The position numbers and the translations under genes are program-made. A stretch of 64,000 nt of DNA from a virus. The stretch spans positions 32,001-96,000 of IMG/VR virus record IMGVR_UViG_3300032245_000795; one strand, written 5' to 3'. The notes beneath the pieces are model-generated. The model was not told the origin of the DNA. It was given only the letters and a program-made list of their open reading frames with translations, and searched no databases. Positions 57,244-64,000 of the stretch are shown in pieces; positions within the stretch are counted from its first letter, which is position 1, and the number at the start of each line of letters is the position of its first letter.

Positions 57244-57429
57244 ATGGCATTATACGAGTACGACTGCATGCCCTGTGGTAAACGGTATATAAAAGAAAGA
57301 TCAATTAAAGACAACGATCCAGGATATAATTGTGAAACTTGCAATCTACCGCTGGTTCGTGTATACTCTAATGTAGGAGCAGTATTCAACGGTAGTGGAT
57401 TCTATTCCACTGATAACAGAAAGAAGTAG
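57244..57429 (+). CDS. FmdB-family zinc-ribbon protein
   Basis: MALYEYDCMPC...CETC...FNGSGFYSTD. Confidence 0.85.
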   Translation: MALYEYDCMPCGKRYIKERSIKDNDPGYNCETCNLPLVRVYSNVGAVFNGSGFYSTDNRKK

Positions 57430-57442
57430 TATAATGTTTACA

Positions 57443-57661
57443 ATGATTAAAGATGAAGTAAAGCAAGAATGGCAACTATCTCCAGCAGATAGATGCGACA
57501 GATGCAATGCTGAGGCTTTAGTAAAGGTCTCTGGTATTAGCGGAGAACTACTATTTTGTGGTCATCACTACAACGGAATTATGAATGATAAAGAAGGATA
57601 CAAAAAGATTATGTCCTTTGCTTTGACAGTACTTGATGAGCGAGAGAAACTAATCAGTTAA
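57443..57661 (+). CDS. small actinobacterial-type zinc-binding protein
   Basis: DRCDRC...LLFCGHH; TATAAT ends 8 nt before ATG 57443. Confidence 0.65.
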   Translation: MIKDEVKQEWQLSPADRCDRCNAEALVKVSGISGELLFCGHHYNGIMNDKEGYKKIMSFALTVLDEREKLIS

Positions 57662-57667
57662 AATAAT

Positions 57668-58252
57668 ATGCTAATAAATGAGAAGGAATACTCTCAAATT
57701 TTATTTGTTCACATACCAAAGACTGCTGGATCTTCAATCTCAAAGGTACTGAAAGATAATAATTTAGATAACTGGAATAGGGCATGGCCAAGACATCATG
57801 ATCCATATTCATATCTAAAAGATGTAAACAAAATTGATGGCAGTGTTTTTTCTTTTTCTGTTGTAAGAAATCCATACACAAGAACATATAGTTGTTATAA
57901 GCAGTTCAATAAGGTTAATAAAACAGATATATCTTTTATAAAATATTTAGAAAATATTAAAGAAAACAATATATCTCCTATAAGTCCACTGCTTCATATA
58001 CCACAGTCGTTCTATGTTATGGAAAATAATGTTGTTCAAGTTGACAGACTTTATAAGTTTGAAAATCTAAAGGAACTGGAAGACGAACTTGGATGGACTC
58101 TTGGTTTTTATAACGTAGGAAACTATGTGGTAGAATCATATATGGAAGATTATACAGAGTATGCAGTAGTTATGACTCAGGACCTCTATAGTTCTGATTT
58201 TATAAACTTTGGATACTCTAAAGATTTTAATGAAACCCTGGAGAAAAAATGA
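57668..58252 (+). CDS. sulfotransferase (Sulfotransfer_2-like)
   Basis: 5'-PSB FVHIPKTAGSSI, 3'-PB VVRNPYTRTYS, KFENL, Y..DFINFGY. Confidence 0.85.
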   Translation: MLINEKEYSQILFVHIPKTAGSSISKVLKDNNLDNWNRAWPRHHDPYSYLKDVNKIDGSVFSFSVVRNPYTRTYSCYKQFNKVNKTDISFIKYLENIKENNISPISPLLHIPQSFYVMENNVVQVDRLYKFENLKELEDELGWTLGFYNVGNYVVESYMEDYTEYAVVMTQDLYSSDFINFGYSKDFNETLEKK

Positions 58253-58812
58253 AAAAGATATTAGAAGACTTTAACTTTAAGCATCATGTCAATTATGAGG
58301 TTGAGTCAATTAAAAATTATATAGATAGTTTTTCTGAAGAATGGTTTCTTAACACATCAAGACAAGATAATCACTATGTTCATAAAGATACAAACTCATA
58401 CTTTGTTTATACTGCAGATCTTAGATGGAAAGAGGGAGATATTTTTTCTACTCAAAAAACATCTAATGACAGCGCCTTGCTTGAACTTCTTGAGCCAATA
58501 ATCTCAGACCTTGAAAAGATACATGATGGTGTTAGAGGCATGGTGCTTTTAATTAAGTTGAAGGCAGGTCAAGATATAGCGCCACATCACGACTCAGGAG
58601 ATTACCTAATGCTGTCAAGAAGAAACCATATACCAATAGTTACATCTGATGATGTATTTTTTGGTGTAGGAGATGAAAAGATTAAAATGAAGACTGGAGA
58701 ATGTTGGGAAATCAATAACTCAAGAACTCATTTTGTAAACAATGGTAGTAAAATAGACAGGGTACATCTATTGATTGATATTGTGCCAAACACAGAGATA
58801 GGTAAAAAATGA
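58249..58812 (+). CDS. aspartyl/asparaginyl beta-hydroxylase-like 2OG-Fe(II) oxygenase
   Basis: IAPHHD, RNHIPI, WEINNSRTHFVNN, RVHLLID. Confidence 0.8.
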   Translation: MKKILEDFNFKHHVNYEVESIKNYIDSFSEEWFLNTSRQDNHYVHKDTNSYFVYTADLRWKEGDIFSTQKTSNDSALLELLEPIISDLEKIHDGVRGMVLLIKLKAGQDIAPHHDSGDYLMLSRRNHIPIVTSDDVFFGVGDEKIKMKTGECWEINNSRTHFVNNGSKIDRVHLLIDIVPNTEIGKK

Positions 58813-59570
58813 TTATTCAAATTATAGGTCTTCCAGGTTCAGGAAAGACAGAGTTGGCCAAGGCACTTAAAGAAAGAATTAATGCTATTCATCTCAATGC
58901 AGATGAGGTTCGCTCAACAGTAAATTCAGACTTAGGATTTGCACCAGAAGATAGGCTTGAACAGGCTCGCCGCATGGGGGAGATGGCAAGACTAATTGCT
59001 AAGCAAGGTATTGCTCCAGTAATAGTAGACTTTGTATGTCCTACTGATCTAACTCGTGCAGCATTTGGCAAATCAGATATCTTGGTATTCATGGACACAA
59101 TTGCTGAAGGTCGCTTTGAAGACACAAACAAAATGTTTGAGCGCCCAACAGAGTTTGATGTGTCTTTTATTAGTCACAACTTAGATGCAGAAGCAAAAGC
59201 ATCTCACATAATTCAAAAGTTTAACTTACATGATTGGTCTGCACCTACAACTCTAATGCTGGGCAGATACCAGCCATGGCATGAAGGCCACCACGCCCTT
59301 TATAAGGAGGCAGGAAAGAGAACTGACCAAGTACTTCTTGGAGTCCGCAATACCTATAACACAAGCGAGAAAGATCCACTTAAGTTTGATCAGGTAAAAG
59401 AGTATATTGGCAAAGATGAATTTATGGATGGCGCATTAGTATTAAGACTACCTAACATTACTAACATTGTATATGGCAGAGATGTAGGATATAAGATTGA
59501 GCAAGTAGACTTAGGTGCAGATATTCATGCTATTTCTGCTACGCAAAAGCGTAAAGATATGGGAATCTAA
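58809..59570 (+). CDS. adenylylsulfate kinase (CysC)-like domain fused to a HIGH-type nucleotidyltransferase domain
   Basis: GLPGSGKT, NADEVR, DLGFAPEDR, DFVCP, FERP; then GRYQPWHEGH and ISATQKR. Confidence 0.8.
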   Translation: MIIQIIGLPGSGKTELAKALKERINAIHLNADEVRSTVNSDLGFAPEDRLEQARRMGEMARLIAKQGIAPVIVDFVCPTDLTRAAFGKSDILVFMDTIAEGRFEDTNKMFERPTEFDVSFISHNLDAEAKASHIIQKFNLHDWSAPTTLMLGRYQPWHEGHHALYKEAGKRTDQVLLGVRNTYNTSEKDPLKFDQVKEYIGKDEFMDGALVLRLPNITNIVYGRDVGYKIEQVDLGADIHAISATQKRKDMGI

Positions 59571-59678
59571 ATGTTAGAAAATGTTATTGCAATTGTTGTT
59601 TCGCTTATGGTCGCTGCTATTACTGTCTACTTTGTTGACAAAAAGTGGGGTGGATCTGATGACAGTAACCAAGGCTAG
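59571..59678 (+). CDS. small single-TM protein (not in the ORF track)
   Basis: 35 aa MLENVIAIVVSLMVAAITVYFVDKKWGG... Confidence 0.5.
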   Translation: MLENVIAIVVSLMVAAITVYFVDKKWGGSDDSNQG

Positions 59679-59862
59679 ATCTTTTACTAAGGCATTAAGT
59701 TATCGCATATGGGGAACACTATCTTCGTTTGTTGTTGCTTATGTAATTACTGGAGATGCAACACTTTCAGGAGCAATTGCCTTTTGGGAAACGGTAGTTA
59801 AAGTATTTATCTACTACGCACATGAGCGTGGTTGGAACTATATTCAGTGGGGAAGAAAATAA
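59659..59862 (+). CDS. DUF2061-like small membrane protein
   Basis: RSFTKALSYRIWGT ... YYAHERGWNYIQWG. Confidence 0.8.
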   Translation: MTVTKARSFTKALSYRIWGTLSSFVVAYVITGDATLSGAIAFWETVVKVFIYYAHERGWNYIQWGRK

Positions 59863-61385
59863 TGAATAAGGACATAGTAGTTGTTGGTGGTGGAAGTGCT
59901 GGATGGCTGACTGCTTTAGCAGCAAAGCACAAGTATCCCAACCTTAATGTCATTGTTATAGAGTCAAAAGATATTGGAATCCTTGGCGCTGGAGAAGGAT
60001 CAACCCCATACTTACCTGCATTTTTAGACAGCATAAACATAAGTCTAGAAGATTTAGTTAAAAATTGCGACGCAACTATAAAGAATGGTATTAAGTTTAC
60101 TAATTGGAACAATGACAATGATTTTTACTATCATGGTTTTGGTGCTACAGACCTACCACTTGGAACAGAGGCTTTATCATCAAGATTTTTATCTGTAAGC
60201 CCAATGTTAGTATCAAGTCTTGTACTTAATAATGGCATAAGAGAAGTAGACTTTACGGAAAATTTATCAGAAAATAGCAAGGTTCCTTTTGTTCTTGAAA
60301 AAAACAAGGTTGGCAATGTAGTTTCAGACTATAAAAAATTAGCGCAGATATCTATTCATTTTAATGCTACAAAACTTGCAGTAAGGTTTAAAGAGATAGG
60401 CTTAGAAAGAGGTATTCAGGTTTTTGAAAATACAATAACTGAAGTATCCTTGGATGAAGATAATAACGTTAAAAGTCTGCAGTTGGATAATAATAAAACT
60501 ATCCTATCTGATTTTGTTTTTGATTGCAGCGGATTCCATAGGCTTATTATAGGCAAAACACTTAATGGCAAGTGGAAAAGTTATAAAGATCATCTTCCAG
60601 TAGACTCAGCCATTCCATTTTTTCTTGATATGACAGACAAAATTCCATCATACACAGAAGCAATTGCAATGAAGTATGGATGGATATGGAAAATTCCACT
60701 ACAGACAAGATTTGGATGCGGTTATGTCTATGATTCTTCTCTTATATCAGAAGCAGAAGCGATCAAAGAGTTAGAAGATTTCTTAGGTTTTGTTCCTCAT
60801 TATCCAAGAAAAGATAAGGGCGGATTTAGTTTCAGCCCAGGAGCATTTGAAAGTCCATGGCAAAACAATGTTGTTGCAGTGGGACTAGCAGCAAACTTTG
60901 TAGAGCCATTAGAGGCAACATCTCTTTGGGTTACAATGGTAGAACTGACTGAGATATTTAATAGTCCAGACTTCTTGCTAAATAATTCTCAAGAAATTCG
61001 AGATGAGTTTAATAAGATTGTTATTAGTATGAACGATGACATTCTTAGTTTTATTTATTTCCATTACATGTCCTTAAGAAAAGATACTGAGTTTTGGAAG
61101 AAGTTTTCTTATGAAAATGCTCCAGATAATTTAAAAAAGAAAATAAATATTTGGCAAAAAAGACTTCCTGGAAAGCAAGATAATAGCAATCATTGGAATT
61201 CAAAGAGTTGGTTTTTGGTTGGGTCTGCACAAGAAACAATAAATAAGTCTATTGCAAAGGGTTACACAGATCTTTCAGAAGAGTATAGAAAAGCAATTGA
61301 TACGTACGATTACTATAAAACATACAGAGAGTACAAGGTATCAGAATGTGTAGATCATAGACAATTTTTGGAGGGACTAAAATGA
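59862..61385 (+). CDS. flavin-dependent tryptophan halogenase-like protein
   Basis: GGGSAG, GEGS, ATIKNGI (catalytic Lys position), DCSGF, WIWKIP, FVEPLEAT. Confidence 0.85.
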   Translation: MNKDIVVVGGGSAGWLTALAAKHKYPNLNVIVIESKDIGILGAGEGSTPYLPAFLDSINISLEDLVKNCDATIKNGIKFTNWNNDNDFYYHGFGATDLPLGTEALSSRFLSVSPMLVSSLVLNNGIREVDFTENLSENSKVPFVLEKNKVGNVVSDYKKLAQISIHFNATKLAVRFKEIGLERGIQVFENTITEVSLDEDNNVKSLQLDNNKTILSDFVFDCSGFHRLIIGKTLNGKWKSYKDHLPVDSAIPFFLDMTDKIPSYTEAIAMKYGWIWKIPLQTRFGCGYVYDSSLISEAEAIKELEDFLGFVPHYPRKDKGGFSFSPGAFESPWQNNVVAVGLAANFVEPLEATSLWVTMVELTEIFNSPDFLLNNSQEIRDEFNKIVISMNDDILSFIYFHYMSLRKDTEFWKKFSYENAPDNLKKKINIWQKRLPGKQDNSNHWNSKSWFLVGSAQETINKSIAKGYTDLSEEYRKAIDTYDYYKTYREYKVSECVDHRQFLEGLK

Positions 61386-61666
61386 AATTTAGAACAGAGT
61401 GGATTAATGCTCTAAAGACAATGAGGCATAAGTCTTATTGGGACCTACCAAATACTGTAGAGTTCTTTGCTTTTATGACCAAGGCAGCAATTATTGTCCC
61501 AGGTCTTATTTTTGGTGTACAGTTTTGGTGGCTATACATCTTTGCACTAATAACCAGTTTATCTTTAATCTGGTCGTCAACAGTTAAAACATTACCAACA
61601 ATTATTTGGTTTAATATAATCTGGTCAATTCTTGCAGCAACTGCTATAATTAAGTATTGGGTCTAA
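61382..61666 (+). CDS. membrane protein
   Basis: Three hydrophobic helices; ATGA-type overlap region with the upstream gene. Confidence 0.7.
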   Translation: MKFRTEWINALKTMRHKSYWDLPNTVEFFAFMTKAAIIVPGLIFGVQFWWLYIFALITSLSLIWSSTVKTLPTIIWFNIIWSILAATAIIKYWV

Positions 61667-61676
61667 GGGGGCACAA

Positions 61677-62084
61677 ATGTTTGAATATTATGTAAAAAAA
61701 GTAACAAAGGTAGTTGATGGAGATACCATTGATGTTGATATTGATTTAGGGTTTGACATTTCTTTTAGTTCAAGAGTCAGACTTGCTGGTATTGATACAC
61801 CTGAGTCTCGTACAGCAGACAAGGCTGAAAAGGCTTTAGGACTAGAAGCAAAGGCTTATTTGAAGGCTGCTATTGACAGTGCTAAGTCTGTAGTAATTAA
61901 GACAGAGAAGATGGACTCTTCAGAAAAATATGGTCGTATTCTTGGTTGGGTTTATCTTGATGGAGATACCGTTTCTATTAATGATAAGATGATCAATGAT
62001 GGACATGCCTGGGGATACATGGGAGAAACAAAGGTCAAAGATTTTGACGCTTTGAAGAAGGCCAGAGCAAAGTCAGGTAAATAG
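61677..62084 (+). CDS. thermonuclease (SNase-like)
   Basis: VVDGDT, VRLAGIDTPE, KYGRILG. Confidence 0.88.
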   Translation: MFEYYVKKVTKVVDGDTIDVDIDLGFDISFSSRVRLAGIDTPESRTADKAEKALGLEAKAYLKAAIDSAKSVVIKTEKMDSSEKYGRILGWVYLDGDTVSINDKMINDGHAWGYMGETKVKDFDALKKARAKSGK

Positions 62085-62085
62085 A

Positions 62086-62310
62086 ATGGGGCTTAAAGAA
62101 GAAGCCATGCTTGAGCACCTGATGCTTCAGGGTGCTGTTGAATTTCAAGGTATAGATGAAGCAACTGGCGAGATGATGTATACCATCACTGATAAGATGA
62201 AAGAAGTTAGTCCAGATATATATGAAGAACTAAAAGATCAGTATGAGCACCATATGTTTCAACTAATTGAGCAAGGTCCTACAAGAATGACATGGAGAAT
62301 TCGTGGATGA
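62086..62310 (+). CDS. hypothetical protein (paralogue of the next gene)
   Basis: LMLQGAVEFQGIDEATGEMMYTITDKMKEVSP. Confidence 0.7.
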   Translation: MGLKEEAMLEHLMLQGAVEFQGIDEATGEMMYTITDKMKEVSPDIYEELKDQYEHHMFQLIEQGPTRMTWRIRG

Positions 62311-62645
62311 ACTTCAAAGATGAGGATGACGCAATAGATCAACTAATTCTTTCTGGTGCCCTTGAGGTTGCTGGAATAGACATGAATACAGGAGAGCCTA
62401 TTTATAATTTTACAGAAAAATTAATAGAGGTAAGTCCAGAGTTACATAAAGAAGTTTCTTTGTATTTTTCTCGTGAAACCATGTCTTTATGGAGTCATGG
62501 GTTTTTGGACATGGATGTGACTGAAAAAAATCCTATAGTAACACTAACACCAAAGGCCTTAGATGATGCTGAAGTATCTAAACTAAGCAAAGAGTCTCAG
62601 GCTACGCTGAGCGAAATAATAAGAGTTATTCTTTCAGATAAGTAG
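62307..62645 (+). CDS. hypothetical protein
   Basis: LILSGALEVAGIDMNTGEPIYNFTEKLIEVSP; ATGA overlap. Confidence 0.7.
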   Translation: MNFKDEDDAIDQLILSGALEVAGIDMNTGEPIYNFTEKLIEVSPELHKEVSLYFSRETMSLWSHGFLDMDVTEKNPIVTLTPKALDDAEVSKLSKESQATLSEIIRVILSDK

Positions 62646-62665
62646 TATAATTGGTTTGGAGAAAT

Positions 62666-63088
62666 ATGGAATACTTTTTGGGGTCTGCTATAACAATGAT
62701 TGCCATGTTCATTACGACAAGGCTAATATTGCCACGCAAACTAAATGCTAAAGTAAATAATTTTAGATACAGCCAAAGCCATATTCATACATTAATTATG
62801 CCACTCATTCCAGATATCAAAAGTTATAAGAAAAAAATGATTACTCAGTCCAGCAAACATGATGAAAGAGTAAATATAAAAGTTGTAATATTTGACAATA
62901 AAGCATACTTTGTTAAAGATGGTAGTTTTTATTCCGCTGATATGGACGGAAACTTTATTGATAGACAGACGGCAACTGTAGTTGACACGATAGGTATGGA
63001 TAAGGTACAATTAGATAAGATGCTGTTTATAATGGATCAACTTAGGGATGGGAAGAAAAATGATAGTGGGGATTCAAGGAACCAGTAG
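62666..63088 (+). CDS. hypothetical protein with an N-terminal membrane anchor
   Basis: SD GGAG before ATG 62666; hydrophobic N-terminus; TATAAT at 62646. Confidence 0.65.
   Translation: MEYFLGSAITMIAMFITTRLILPRKLNAKVNNFRYSQSHIHTLIMPLIPDIKSYKKKMITQSSKHDERVNIKVVIFDNKAYFVKDGSFYSADMDGNFIDRQTATVVDTIGMDKVQLDKMLFIMDQLRDGKKNDSGDSRNQ
62982..63011 (+). promoter_or_regulatory. internal sigma70-type promoter upstream of the whiB-containing block
   Basis: TTGACA-N18-TACAAT. Confidence 0.5.
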
Positions 63089-63410
63089 TTTTGATGACTA
63101 CCATGTCTTCCTTAGAGCAATGGCAGTTACTATGTCTTCTTTAAAGGAAGATGATCCATACCTTTATATATATTCTGCAGGACCTGCAAATATTAATCTT
63201 ATGGCTATGGAGTTTACAAACTTGTCTGAGCGTGGCTTAAAGGCTCGTGGAAAAAGTATTAAGTATAAGCCTGTTCCTCCTTCATGGATAGCAGAAAACA
63301 TTTCAGATGTAAACTACTTTGCTTTTTTAAGTAAAGAAAAAGAGCAGGTCTCAAAACTTGTCGATGAAGCAAAAAACAACAATGTCGAATACGGCATTTT
63401 CAGATACTAA
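63060..63410 (+). CDS. SLOG/YspA-like protein
   Basis: MIVGIQGTSSFDDY N-terminal strand-loop resembles YspA/DUF2493. Confidence 0.45.
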   Translation: MIVGIQGTSSFDDYHVFLRAMAVTMSSLKEDDPYLYIYSAGPANINLMAMEFTNLSERGLKARGKSIKYKPVPPSWIAENISDVNYFAFLSKEKEQVSKLVDEAKNNNVEYGIFRY

Positions 63411-63423
63411 CAAAGGAATAAAA

Positions 63424-63633
63424 ATGCAAATTAAATCATTAGAACAGATGGAAAAGATTGTTAATTCAAACAAGTCTTTGGTATGGGATGGATGGACAGT
63501 GGTAAATACTTATCCCTCTGAGAAGGGTAGAACAGCACCACAAGGTGCATTCGTAGATGGTAAGTGGCACCTACAGCGTCGTTTTGTACCTTCTAAGAAT
63601 GGATGGGACATACCAGACAAGTTTGTAGGTTAG
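63424..63633 (+). CDS. hypothetical protein
   Basis: SD AAGGA before ATG 63424; LVWDGWTV. Confidence 0.7.
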   Translation: MQIKSLEQMEKIVNSNKSLVWDGWTVVNTYPSEKGRTAPQGAFVDGKWHLQRRFVPSKNGWDIPDKFVG

Positions 63634-63634
63634 T

Positions 63635-63919
63635 ATGCCTAAACATGAATGGAAAGATGATGCTTTGTGTTTGGACTATGATACAAATTTATTCTTTGAA
63701 AAGTATGAAGATGATGAATTATTAAGGCCAGCAATAGATAAACTATGTTCTATGTGTCCAGTATCAAAGATGTGTTTTGCTGTTGGTGTTTCTCAAAAAG
63801 AATGGGGAGTTTGGGGTGGTGTTTATCTTGAAGCGGGTCAACTATCTAAAGAATTTTCTAAGCATAAGTCTAAATCAGACTGGGCAAATACATGGCAAAG
63901 ACTGACAACGGAGCAATAA
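63635..63919 (+). CDS. whiB: WhiB-family Fe-S transcription factor
   Basis: W...ALC...LFF, CSMCPVSKMC, GVWGG. Confidence 0.9.
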   Translation: MPKHEWKDDALCLDYDTNLFFEKYEDDELLRPAIDKLCSMCPVSKMCFAVGVSQKEWGVWGGVYLEAGQLSKEFSKHKSKSDWANTWQRLTTEQ

Positions 63920-64000
63920 AGTGTATACAGATTCAATGAGAAAAGCGTTTCATTCACTTAGAGGGCCAAAAGGTTTTTATCTTCAAGTAATTGATCATGA

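Noticed and set aside
1-64000. Stop-codon reassignment
   Set aside because: Long genes are intact under the standard code, and TAA, TAG and TGA all end genes at coupled junctions.
63921-64000. ORF starting at GTG 63921
   Set aside because: Probably real but truncated by the window edge; too short to call.

Overview
A 64-kb stretch of a large, AT-rich, tailed dsDNA phage (siphovirus-type morphogenesis genes). All credible genes are on the + strand and use the standard genetic code. WhiB, an FmdB zinc ribbon, several apparently leaderless genes, a DnaE-type polymerase and the gene order point to an actinobacterial host. The layout resembles large Streptomyces BE/BK-type and freshwater actinophages (inference). 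Gene order: 2OG-Fe(II) oxygenases, class II RNR, head module, tail module with a 4089-aa tape measure protein (TMP), replication and recombination genes (DnaB, DnaG, SSB, DnaE, RecA, Cas4-like, RuvC-like), terminase, a secreted/surface and lysis block with tRNA-Asn, a sulfation/hydroxylation/halogenation cluster, and WhiB. Highlights: (1) the TMP looks like a cargo-carrying polyprotein, with a HipA/PI3K-like kinase domain and an ADP-ribosyltransferase-like domain among repeated 'PAMLTPGE' and 'xxxGG' linker motifs; (2) the usual frameshifted tail chaperone G/GT is replaced by two paralogous genes with different initiation signals; (3) a possible minimal PAPS synthase sits next to a sulfotransferase and a halogenase; (4) several translation-level signals are visible: an ATA-initiated exported PA14 protein, a nested scaffold start, and a promoter inside an RBS-sequestering hairpin. 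All family calls come from motif recognition by eye; no database searches were run.
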